Shown piece by piece: positions 51,099 to 61,400 of a stretch of 64,000 nucleotides of DNA. The notes under the pieces are model-generated. The model was not told where the DNA came from. It saw only the letters and a list, made by a program, of their open reading frames with translations, and ran no database searches. The position numbers and the translations under genes are program-made. Origin of the DNA: Nitrospirales bacterium (lineage in GTDB: Bacteria; Nitrospirota; Nitrospiria; Nitrospirales; UBA8639); NCBI GenBank assembly GCA_965223295.1, contig CBDCWC010000003.1, forward strand, positions 640,001 to 704,000. Reading direction: 5' to 3'. The number at the start of each line of letters is the position of its first letter. The stretch's first letter is position 1.

Positions 51099-51839
51099 TC
51101 ATCTGAGAGTGAAAGGAGAAGAAAGGTCTCGCATCCATCCTTGCCACAATGGGAGATAGTCCCATAAGCCCAAACGCAAGAGATAGGCTTCTCCTTCCCA
51201 ATCGATCACACCATCACCATCCTGCGCAATGCCTCCCCCTTCCAATATATTGGCAATGTACACCGCTGTGAGAGGAGAAAACCCCCTATGAGGAGCCTGG
51301 AGTGGCTTGTCATGAAAAGTCACAATATTTAGCAATTCTTCAGGAATCCCCCATCGAGCCAAAAACTTGGCCCCGCTTTTCGCATGCGTCGTACCTAAAA
51401 AGTTTTCCTCTAAGGTACGTAACTCTCGTCCGCGACTCTGAGCCAAATCCACGACTGCCATAAACACCTGTGGCTGCTGGGTCAGAAACATTAACATGCC
51501 GATATCATGAAGAAGGCCTCCGACAAACGCTTGCCAGATCTGCGAACGATCAACCTGTTGATGGATGGCAATTAATGCTGCCATATAACCCGTTCGCACA
51601 CTATGTTGCCACAAAATTCTGAGAGAAGATGACGAGATTTCAAAACCCTCTGTTAACAAAAACACCTCAACCCCAATACTCAATCCGGATTCCAGATTGG
51701 TAGGGATAGGTCCAATCTGTGAGGTCAGAGCATAAAAATATTGCTCCAATTCATCGGTTTCAAGCAAAGAACCTTCTGCAACTGCACGCTCTCTCGTCAT
51801 ATTTCCAACTTCATCATTCTGAAATTTCATGTCATCCAA
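51099..51839 (-). CDS. HDOD-domain signalling protein (N-terminal part degenerate)
   Basis: LWQHS...AFVGGLLHDIG...LGTTHA..GA..L.RWGIP; start uncertain. Confidence 0.8.
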   Translation of the reverse strand: MDDMKFQNDEVGNMTRERAVAEGSLLETDELEQYFYALTSQIGPIPTNLESGLSIGVEVFLLTEGFEISSSSLRILWQHSVRTGYMAALIAIHQQVDRSQIWQAFVGGLLHDIGMLMFLTQQPQVFMAVVDLAQSRGRELRTLEENFLGTTHAKSGAKFLARWGIPEELLNIVTFHDKPLQAPHRGFSPLTAVYIANILEGGGIAQDGDGVIDWEGEAYLLRLGLWDYLPLWQGWMRDLSSPFTLR

Positions 51840-52088
51840 AGAAATAGTGGCTTTTGATATTTACAGTCATCATTCTTTATCATGCTCCATATTAAGGCCT
51901 AAGAGCCCCCCTGACAGCCGATAGACCTTCTCGTCACCTTTTCCTCGGTTATCCGCCAAAGTCTCTTAAGAACCCCCGCACTGACAGACCATGAACCTCT
52001 GTCAATATCTTAAAAAGAGAAAAAGCCACACAAAACCGATAGTACGCGATGAGCGGGGAAAGAACGTCAGAAGTGAGTATTCGCGATT

Positions 52089-53939
52089 TTACAGATCGGG
52101 AAAGTGAAAGGTGCCGGGTAAATCCAAAGAGAAGGTAGCCCCATGCCCCATACCCTGGCTATGAGCTCGCAAGGCTCCACCAAGATTTTTAGCGACCAAC
52201 GCGCCATTATGCAAACTCATGCCGCGTCCGCCCTTATTGGTTTGATTACCTTGTCCAAAAATTTTAGTCAGATCTTCAGAGGCAATGCCGACTCCAGAAT
52301 CTTGAACTTCTATGCGAACAGCATCCGGCGGACCAGGAACCAGTATCGCTCGTATCACGAGATGTTTCACTGGCACCTTTGCCATAGCCTGGCAGGCATT
52401 TCGAATCAAATCGACTAGAACTTCCAAGACTTGATGCTTCTCGACAATGAGCTGGGGAATTTCCTGAAATTCTCGAGTCACATCAATCTGCGATGTCTCA
52501 AAGAGCTCTTGATTGGCTACCAGAGCTTCCTCTAGTAATTCGTTCACAAAGAGTGGCTCGGTTATGCGGCTTGGTTTAGCCAGATCTTGTTGTACAGCCA
52601 CACAATGTTGCGCCTGTTGGGTATTCTCACGCAAACGCTTGAGTTCAGCTAGCGCCATTCGTTGTTCTTCCAATAATTGGCTGGATAATTTCTCTAAATA
52701 GGCCGGAACTTGTTTCCCTTTGGGATTGATTGAGAAATAGCTGCCAAGATCCTCTTGATGCTTCTGAAAGAGTTGCGAAATCCGCCCCACATCTCCGACG
52801 ATCGACTTTGTCACCAAGTCCGTCACCACGCCAATCGAAACATTAATACTATTCAACACGTTCCCTACATTATGCAGGACATCCGATGCCACTTCCGCCA
52901 TCCCAAGCTGTCGTGAGGTATCCAATAATTGCTGGTGCAATTGCAATTTTTCTTCCTCCATCCGTTTGCGTTCAGTAATATCCTGGGCCACACACACTAA
53001 CCCCTGAAATTGCCCTTGTTCATCCTGCATCATCGACCCCGAAACTGAAATTGGAATGCTTAGACCATCACGCGTCAGGAAACTTGACTCAATGCCACTC
53101 ACTGACCCCTGCAGCAGCAAGTTCTCGATAATAGAACCCTGGGCGAACTCTGCTCCAAATATCAGTCCGGGAGATTGTCCTACTAATTCATCCTCCGCGT
53201 ATCCTAAAAGGTCCAGCAAGGACGGATTCACGGATCCAATTGTCATATTGGCATCAATCACCAAGAGAGAATCTGCCATCGAACGCAAAACGTTTTCCAC
53301 ATAGACCTTCGAGGTGGCTAAATCATCTCTGGCAGATGCCAATTCAGCAAGTTGGGCCTCTACCTCTTGAGTAGACGGAGACGTGTTCAAACCCTCTACC
53401 ACTTCGCTTGCTGTACATTCTGCTGACTCATGTGTCCCCACTTGTGAAGAAGAGCCGGAAAACGCACTGAGACACGAGGCCAATTGCATGACCTCTTCCG
53501 GCAGTCCGGGCATCAGAAACAAAGCCCATTGCTCAGGACGACTCAATCGCAGTTTTCCTTCTCGTAATACGGTATCTCGAGACAAACACAGAATACATCG
53601 CACCCTGCTATCTATTTGCCAAATCTTTTCAATATTCTCTTGTACCGAATCCCATTCTTCGGAACCTAGCGCTAAAAAGACTAACGAAAATGAAGCACCT
53701 GTCCGTTGCCCCTCGTCTATATGCTGGAAAGCCGCCTCCCAATCTTCCACGCTCACCAGGTTAAAAGACACTGCTTCCGGCTTAATGGGTAGCGTCTGCG
53801 CTACGTCCATGGGTCCCTCCTCCGAGGAAACCCTATCATGAGCAACACACAACGCTTGCCTCAGAAAATCATGTGTGGTGCGATCATCACCAATTGACAA
53901 CACATGTCGAGACATAGGGTGTGTTATCACGCGTTTCAT
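52089..53939 (-). CDS. Pseudo-receiver-PAS-histidine kinase
   Basis: PAS/PAC (VAQDITERK), H-box VLHNVGNVLNS, N-box LIRNA, G1 VQDSGVGI. Confidence 0.88.
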   Translation of the reverse strand: MKRVITHPMSRHVLSIGDDRTTHDFLRQALCVAHDRVSSEEGPMDVAQTLPIKPEAVSFNLVSVEDWEAAFQHIDEGQRTGASFSLVFLALGSEEWDSVQENIEKIWQIDSRVRCILCLSRDTVLREGKLRLSRPEQWALFLMPGLPEEVMQLASCLSAFSGSSSQVGTHESAECTASEVVEGLNTSPSTQEVEAQLAELASARDDLATSKVYVENVLRSMADSLLVIDANMTIGSVNPSLLDLLGYAEDELVGQSPGLIFGAEFAQGSIIENLLLQGSVSGIESSFLTRDGLSIPISVSGSMMQDEQGQFQGLVCVAQDITERKRMEEEKLQLHQQLLDTSRQLGMAEVASDVLHNVGNVLNSINVSIGVVTDLVTKSIVGDVGRISQLFQKHQEDLGSYFSINPKGKQVPAYLEKLSSQLLEEQRMALAELKRLRENTQQAQHCVAVQQDLAKPSRITEPLFVNELLEEALVANQELFETSQIDVTREFQEIPQLIVEKHQVLEVLVDLIRNACQAMAKVPVKHLVIRAILVPGPPDAVRIEVQDSGVGIASEDLTKIFGQGNQTNKGGRGMSLHNGALVAKNLGGALRAHSQGMGHGATFSLDLPGTFHFPDL

Positions 53940-54095
53940 ACGTTTTTCCTGATAAAGATCATGAGGTGGAGAAAAATGAATTTGTTGACATGTTTGTCAA
54001 CTTTCACGTATTTCCGGATCACAATTTTGTGTCGTCATGAAAAAAATAAAACATCCATAATGTATAGATTCCACAAAGACAAAAGCACACACAGA

Positions 54096-55175
54096 TCAAT
54101 CCTGTGAAGCAGGCAACGTGACAGTAAATGTCGACCCTTCTCCAACAGATGAGCAAACCGATATTGCACCCCTACATTGATTGACAATTCGTTGACAGAC
54201 CGCAAGCCCTATACCTGAACCACCATATTCCTCAGATTGGTGTACGCGCTTGAACATGCCAAAAATCTTATCAAGATATTCAGCCGGAATCCCGACGCCC
54301 TCATCCTGAATTTTGACCTGGCAGAGCCACTCCGGCGTTTCTGGCCCACTATGACGACGATCCTGGATTTTCATCCCGGAAATATGAATGACCGGAGCCA
54401 CACCGGATTTGTGAAATTTCAACGCATTGCTCAAGAGATTCTGAAATAATTGACGAATCATAACCGCATCCCCTTGAACCATTGGCAAATCTCCCACATA
54501 CACCTTTGCCTCCAGTTCATCAATCTGTGCGCTGAAATCAACCAGAATGTCTTCTACTATGTTCCATAAAGAAAGAAGTCCGCCATTTTGATCGGAAGCA
54601 CGAACCCTAGAATACAGTAACATCCCTTCGATTAATTGCTGCATTCGGCTGGCGGCTTTCGTCACACGATCTACATAACCTTTCCCCTGCTCATTCAGTG
54701 AGGATCCGTGCTTGACCCGTAACAAATCTAAAAAAACTTGAATGGAATGAAGCGGCTCCTGCAAATCATGGGCAGCCAACGAGGCAAATTGCTCTAAATC
54801 ACGATTCGATCTCGCCCATTCCTCGGCCTTCTGCCGGAGAACCAATTCTTTTTGTTCTCGTTCGTGCAACTCTTTCAAGAGTTGATCGCGATCCGCCAAA
54901 ATTTCCACAGTGCGTATCTCTAACTCTCGAACTGATTGCGTCAATTGCTTTTCGATTTCCTTCTGCCTTGACAAATCCTGCTTGAAACGATGATTGGCTT
55001 TTTGCAACTTCGCCACTTGACTCGAGACCGCAGACTCAGTGTCATCGGTGGGAGATCCTGTCGTTACCTGACACGACTGATTCAACATTCGCCTTTGCTT
55101 TCCATTGAAAACAACATGACCGTCATACAAGAAACCCAACGTCTTGTACTTCTCTTGTGCATACAGAGCATTCAA
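54096..55175 (-). CDS. Soluble histidine kinase (bacteriophytochrome-like HisKA-HATPase, no sensor domain)
   Basis: SNRDLEQFASLAAHDLQEPL, QNLLSNALKF, DEGVGI and GSGIGLA motifs. Confidence 0.9.
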   Translation of the reverse strand: MNALYAQEKYKTLGFLYDGHVVFNGKQRRMLNQSCQVTTGSPTDDTESAVSSQVAKLQKANHRFKQDLSRQKEIEKQLTQSVRELEIRTVEILADRDQLLKELHEREQKELVLRQKAEEWARSNRDLEQFASLAAHDLQEPLHSIQVFLDLLRVKHGSSLNEQGKGYVDRVTKAASRMQQLIEGMLLYSRVRASDQNGGLLSLWNIVEDILVDFSAQIDELEAKVYVGDLPMVQGDAVMIRQLFQNLLSNALKFHKSGVAPVIHISGMKIQDRRHSGPETPEWLCQVKIQDEGVGIPAEYLDKIFGMFKRVHQSEEYGGSGIGLAVCQRIVNQCRGAISVCSSVGEGSTFTVTLPASQD

Positions 55176-55194
55176 TGCTTTCGCGCCAGAACAA

Positions 55195-56487
55195 TCAAGA
55201 CAGCACCGCTTCTTTCTGCACTGGGAACGTTAACTCGAACGTGGCACCTTTCCCCACGCCGTCACTGTGAACGTGCATTGTCCCTCCCATATCCCGAATG
55301 GCTGCAATCGAACTATGGAGGCCAATCCCATTTCCATCTTTCTTCGTGGTAAACCCTCGCGTAAACAACTTTGATATATGTTCCGGCGCAATCCCAATCC
55401 CGCTATCTCGAATTCTCAAAACTACAGATTCTTGACCATCAGATTGATATTTGACACTGAGATTGAGGACATGATTTTCCTGGATATGTTGCAGCATGGC
55501 CTGTTTAGCATTGCGAAGAAGGTTGACCAAAATCTGAAGCAACTGATGTTGGTCAGCCCAAACAGCCGGCACTTCTTCATAATCACCACAAGTCGTCATC
55601 CAATTCGAATCTTCTGGCTGGAAACTCAATTCCATGGCATGAGACAAAATGTCGACTAACGCTATTTGCTCCATTTCGCCTACTGACTTGGCCATAGCTT
55701 GATGAGACAAAATAACTTGCCTCATATGGCGAATATTTCTGACGACCCCTTTCATTTCTTTCAAAACCGTTTGCTGCTCTTCAATGAGATGGTCTCCGAG
55801 CTTTTCAAGGGAAGGAGGGATACGTTTGCCTTTGGGGTCTTTCGTCAAATAGGTTCCCAAATCCTCCCGGTGAGTCGCGAGCAATTCCGCCACTCGATTC
55901 ACGAGGGTCACTGAGGATTGAGCAACGAGAGACTCAACCATATTTGCGGCAACCATCACACTCGTTAACACATTGCCTACGTTATGCAAGACCGTTGATG
56001 CCACATTGGCCATTTCTATTTTGTACTCTGTTTCACCTAACTGCATCCGAAGCTGTTCCTGTTCGACCATAAACTGTTGCCGTTCCTGCGCCAAACTACA
56101 TCCCCACTTCAATATGACTGGCACGATCGTTTCATCCACCCGACAACCAACACCATCTTCAAGCATCTTGCTCTGATTTGGGCTGCTCTCTTCAACGTTC
56201 ATGACCCCGATGATCATAGTTTTCTGACTGTTCAATTGTCGTTCAGAGATTTCTTTCCAGGCCCGCCCATCTTGACGACAGTCAACAATCATGACATCGG
56301 GTAGATTTCCTGACAGACAGTCAACCACGGCCTCCTGGGCGGTATTTATCCATTTCACCTTTGGACTTGGTTGAAGAGATGTTAGTACCGTACGACAGTC
56401 ATGAGAAAGCTCAGCGTCCTGGAAACCGACCAACACGATCTCAAGAGACACTTTTGGGGAAGAGGATTGGGAATCAGAAGACAACAT
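55195..56487 (-). CDS. Degenerate-receiver histidine kinase
   Basis: H-box VLHNVGNVLTS, NLLRNA, DSGIGI, FTTKKDGNGIGL; N-terminal PDVMIVDC. Confidence 0.88.
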   Translation of the reverse strand: MLSSDSQSSSPKVSLEIVLVGFQDAELSHDCRTVLTSLQPSPKVKWINTAQEAVVDCLSGNLPDVMIVDCRQDGRAWKEISERQLNSQKTMIIGVMNVEESSPNQSKMLEDGVGCRVDETIVPVILKWGCSLAQERQQFMVEQEQLRMQLGETEYKIEMANVASTVLHNVGNVLTSVMVAANMVESLVAQSSVTLVNRVAELLATHREDLGTYLTKDPKGKRIPPSLEKLGDHLIEEQQTVLKEMKGVVRNIRHMRQVILSHQAMAKSVGEMEQIALVDILSHAMELSFQPEDSNWMTTCGDYEEVPAVWADQHQLLQILVNLLRNAKQAMLQHIQENHVLNLSVKYQSDGQESVVLRIRDSGIGIAPEHISKLFTRGFTTKKDGNGIGLHSSIAAIRDMGGTMHVHSDGVGKGATFELTFPVQKEAVLS

Positions 56488-56649
56488 GAGGAATCATTCA
56501 TCTTCAGTGCTAACGAGGAAGGCAACTTTTTTAAATGTTCACCGATACTACTCTGTGAGAATCGTACCTTTTCTCATATCCAAACTTTTCACATCGAATA
56601 TACCTGTACTCGTCTGACGATTATCGGATTCTTAAAGAATCTTAGAGAA

Positions 56650-57213
56650 TTAGTCAGCTTTGACTGTTTCGTCAGCTCGCTCTTCAGCCCACTTAGCCAA
56701 CAGATCTAATTGAGACTTGGCTTGCCGTGTTTCCGCCCACCGTTTAGTTAGTGAATTTGCTAACTGCCACACCTCAATGTTGTCAAAAGGCTTTCGGAGA
56801 ATGAGCAACTGATCATTCTTATTCAGACGTTGAATAACATCCTCCCACGCATGATCAGAAAATGCCGTACATATGACGATTTGCAATTCCGGATCTTCCT
56901 GCCATAAATGTTCAACCGTCTCGACTCCATCCCAACCAGGAGGCATGCGCATATCCACAAATGCTACGGCGTAGGGATTCTTGGCCTTCATCGCTTCCTG
57001 AACCATGCGATAGCCCATTTGTCCTTGATCTGCACATTCCACTTCGAACTTTTCTACGACTTTTTGCTCTTCAACGTCGCCAAACAATTCAGCCCGAACT
57101 TCCTGTAGCAATGAGGTGTCCAAGGAACGTTCCAGAATTTTCCGGAAATCGTCGTGAATCGCCACATTATCATCAATAACTAAGATCCGCCTGTTACCTT
57201 GTTCCATGTCCAT
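56650..57213 (-). CDS. Stand-alone response regulator receiver with insertion
   Basis: ILVIDD, AFVDMRMPPGWDG, ICTA and LRKPFD motifs. Confidence 0.92.
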   Translation of the reverse strand: MDMEQGNRRILVIDDNVAIHDDFRKILERSLDTSLLQEVRAELFGDVEEQKVVEKFEVECADQGQMGYRMVQEAMKAKNPYAVAFVDMRMPPGWDGVETVEHLWQEDPELQIVICTAFSDHAWEDVIQRLNKNDQLLILRKPFDNIEVWQLANSLTKRWAETRQAKSQLDLLAKWAEERADETVKAD

Positions 57214-58082
57214 TACCGTGTTTCCTCCATGTGAATAACTGGGAGATCAAGTGTAAAAATCGCTCCCTGATTCGGCCCATCACTCCACACACGCAACGCT
57301 CCACCAAGATCTTTTGCCGCTAAGGCACTGGCGTAGAGGTTTGGCAGGTGATCTAACTGAGTCCCTGGTTCTTTAGGTGAAAAAACCTGTGTCAGATGAT
57401 CCGAGGCTATCCCACAACCAGAATCTTCTACTTGCAATCGTACAAAGCCGTCCCGGTCTGAACAGGGCAACACATGCAGAACCAAACGATGAGGCCGTCC
57501 CGTCTCCTCATTCATGGCATTGATCGCATTCCTGATCAGTGTCACCAAAATAGGCCTTAGTTTCGCCATCTCCAAAATACCTTCTCCAACAGCCTGATAG
57601 TCATGAATCACCTCTATACCCATCCGATCCAATTCTGCACGATGAGCAAGAACCACCTCATCCAAGGCATCAGAAAACTGAATGGTGTCCTTCAAACCAC
57701 CTGCTCGTTCGGGTGCATATCCAGTCGTCAGCAAATATTCCATTTGCTCTAAATAATAATTCAGGGTTGTGAGCTCCGTGAGAGCCTTCAAATGCTTGTG
57801 TCTCAACTCCTGACTCAATTGTCCTAAGAAAAATGGAATCTTTATCCCCTTAGGATCTTGCGTGAGATACCATCCAATATTGTCTTCGTGGTCGATTAAC
57901 ATATCAGAGACGCGCCTGATATCCTCTATCTGAAATTCTCGCAATTGCTGATTGATCAAACCTGTTGAGACATGCACACTATTCAACACATTTCTCATCT
58001 TGTGAAACACAGACTCCGCCTCTGCAGTTGATCCAGACTTTGTTTGAGCTTCTGGTAGAACAGCTGTCATAGTTGGCATCAA
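57213..58082 (-). CDS. Sensor-less histidine kinase-like protein with degenerate G2 box
   Basis: VFHKMRNVLNS, LIRNAINAM and VEDSGCGI present; G2 region reads LDHLPNLY. Confidence 0.82.
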   Translation of the reverse strand: MMPTMTAVLPEAQTKSGSTAEAESVFHKMRNVLNSVHVSTGLINQQLREFQIEDIRRVSDMLIDHEDNIGWYLTQDPKGIKIPFFLGQLSQELRHKHLKALTELTTLNYYLEQMEYLLTTGYAPERAGGLKDTIQFSDALDEVVLAHRAELDRMGIEVIHDYQAVGEGILEMAKLRPILVTLIRNAINAMNEETGRPHRLVLHVLPCSDRDGFVRLQVEDSGCGIASDHLTQVFSPKEPGTQLDHLPNLYASALAAKDLGGALRVWSDGPNQGAIFTLDLPVIHMEETR

Positions 58083-58478
58083 AATTAGGAACTATTGATG
58101 AATCTCTACTCGACTCCCTGGAATCGAGACCACTCAACACCAAACATTTTCAACAACGACCAGGAAAGAGGCTCAAATCAAACACCACTGTCACGCAGTC
58201 TGGCATTCCACGCCTGTATTACGGAATAATTCGGTCATTTGACCAAGAACTTTAAAGAGAATTCATGAAAACAGTTCGGAAAAATCAAAAAACGTGCTAC
58301 CATCCTCTAGGCGTACCCTACCATGGATCTTTCCCCATCGGGTCAGAGATACCTGTACCTCCACGAGGTTACCCTGTCGTCACCGCCCATGCTTCATAAC
58401 ACTCTAATTCACATTGATGAGAAAAACGTCAGCGCCCTCACTGGGGATTCCTCAATTTCACAATAAACCGATCTTCTC

Positions 58479-61400
58479 GTGACGGATTCTTCCGCACAGA
58501 CCTCACCAAGCTCCACACCCTCCGGGGCAATACGCGGCTTGCTCATCGCCCAATTTTTTGGGGCATTTAATGACAATGCCTGGAAACTGATGGTTGCCCT
58601 TCTCGCCATCAAACAAGTGGCCGCAACCACAGACATATCTGGGCCAGCTTTTGAAATGGCCTCACAAACCCAAACCACTCAAGCCTTTGTGATCTTTACC
58701 CTTCCCCTTATGGTGGTTTCCGCGTTTGCTGGAATGTTTTCCGATCGTTTCAGTAAACGAACCGTCATCGTCATGATGAAAGCTCTAGAAGTCCTTTTAA
58801 TGGTAGCAGGCACCACAGCCCTCTTTTTTAACCCCGAAGGTGGGATGTGGCCACTGTGGGTCCTAGCTGGCATGGGAGCACAAAGTGCACTGTTCAGTCC
58901 TTCAAAATATGGCATTCTTCCTGAACTCTTGCCTCACCAACGACTATCCTGGGGGAATGGGCAATTAGAGCTCTGGACATTTGTGGCAATTATTGCGGGA
59001 ACGGCACTAGCTGGACCTCTCTTAGAACTTTCAGGATCCACACCCTGGGTAGCGGGAACCGTGTTGATTCTCTTTTCGGGTCTTGGACTCGGAGCGTCCT
59101 TTTTCATTCCAGCAGTGCCACGCGCAAGACCAGATGGCGGTATACGTGAAACATGGCAAGTGGCCTGGGAAGCTTTCCGGTCAGACCGAGTCTTGGCCTT
59201 AGGCATTCTTGGTTCTATTGCTTTTTGGACGCTGGCCAGTTTGGTGGGTCAGGATGCTCTGGTGTACGCCAAAGCCGTTCTGCATTTATCTGACACTTAC
59301 TCTGGCTTTCCTCTTGCGGCTTTTGGCGTCGGAGTTGGCATAGGCTCACTGTTAGCGGGAAAACTCTCTGCGACAAAAGTCGAATTAGGATACCTCCCGT
59401 TAGGTGGAATCGGCATCACCCTCAGTCTAGTGGCCTTAGGACTTTGGAGGCCACAACTAGGAGGCACTCTTCTCTGCATGAGTTTTCTCGGACTTTCAAG
59501 TGGATTTGTCGTTGTCCCACTCAATGCACTCATTCAATGGCGAGCACCAGCAGATCGCCGGGGAGCCGTCATTGCGTTTTCAAATACTTTAGTCTTCGGA
59601 GGCGTGTTATTGGGTTCTCTCGGATCGGGAGCGTTGGCAAACGTTGGGTTGAGTGCCAGCGCTATTTTTCTCGTTTCCGCATGTGGAAGCGTTTCACTTA
59701 CCATTTGGGCCATGTACCAACTTCCAGAAACATTTATTCGATTACTGTTGGTCTTGTTCACCCATACGCTTTATCGGTTAACCATTATAGGAAGGGAGCA
59801 GATTCCCCAAGAAGGCGGAGCATTACTCGTTCCCAATCATGTTTCGTTCATTGATGGATTTTTTCTTTTAGCGACGACAGACCGCCCCATACGATTTCTG
59901 GTAGATCAAATCTATTACGACCATCGATTCCTCAATCCCTTTGCCAAAATCATGGGCGCCATTCCAATTTCGTCCAACGGAACTCCACGAGAAATATTGC
60001 ATGGGTTGCGAGAAGCCGGTCGTCGCCTGGATGACGGCGAATTAGTCTGTATCTTTCCTGAAGGTCAAATCACGCGCACGGGGAATCTCTTACCCTTTCG
60101 CGCAGGTTTTACCCGCATCGTCAAAGGCAGGGATATCCCTATCGTCCCAATTCATTTAGACCGCGTGTGGGGCAGTATCTTTAGTTTTATCGGGGGAAAA
60201 TTTTTGGCTAAATGGCCATCCCGCATTCCGTATCCCATTACAATGTCTATCGGACATTCCCTCCCCTCGACAACCTCCGCCGATGAACTGCGTCAGACTA
60301 TTCAAGAGTTGGGGGAAGCCGCTTGGCGGATACGGGAAACCGACCGGCGCCCCATTCACCATGGTTTCGTAAGATCTATGCGGACACACCCCTTTCGGTT
60401 TGTCTTTGCTGATAGTACGCGGCCTCATGTCAGCTGTTTCGAAGCCTTGACGGGAGTCATCGCCTTGGCCAGAGCACTCCGGGAGTCTTGGGAAGGACAA
60501 CATACGGTAGGCATCCTGCTTCCTCCAAGCGTGGGTGGAGCGCTTGCGAATATTGCGGCAACATTGTCGGGCCGTACAACAGTGAATATCAACTACACAG
60601 CGGGAATCGCGGGTATGGAATCGGCCGCAAGACAGGCCGGCTTAACCACCATCCTGACTAGCCGCGTGTTTCTAGAAAAGGCCAAACTGGAATTGCCTTC
60701 CAACCTTACGCCGATTTGGATTGAAGACGTTCGAAAAACGATTGATGCTCAAGATAAATTCCTGGCCATGTTCCTGGCGCTCTGTGCTCCTGTTCGACTG
60801 CTGGAACGAAGCTGTGGTGCCATTACCCGCCCATCCATCACCGATTTAGCCACGATCATTTTCAGTAGCGGAAGCACTGGAGAACCCAAAGGTGTGATGC
60901 TCAGTCATTTTAATTTGGATTCTAATGTTGAAGGCGTTGCACAACTTCTCCATATCGACCAACATGACCGGGTGTTGGGTATTTTGCCTTTCTTTCATTC
61001 GTTCGGCTATCTCGCCACGCTTTGGTTCCCGACGATTCATGGGGCAGGCGTGATTTTTCATCCTTCCCCATTGGATGCCGGAGGCATTGGCGAGCTCATC
61101 GATCACCACAAAGCCACAGTTCTCTTGGCCACTCCAACCTTTCTGCAACTTTATGTACGGCGATGCTCCCCGGAACAATTTGGTTCATTGCGTATCGTCC
61201 TCACCGGAGCAGAGAAACTATCTGACCGGCTCCTAGTCGCGTTCGAAGAACGATTTGGTATTCGCCCAATCGAAGGCTATGGCGTCACGGAATGTGCACC
61301 GGTCATCTCAGTCAATTGCCCGGATTTTCGTGCAGCAGGATTCTTTCAACCAGCTTCCCGAAGAGGCACGGTAGGACAACCTCTCCCTGGGGTGTCGCTT

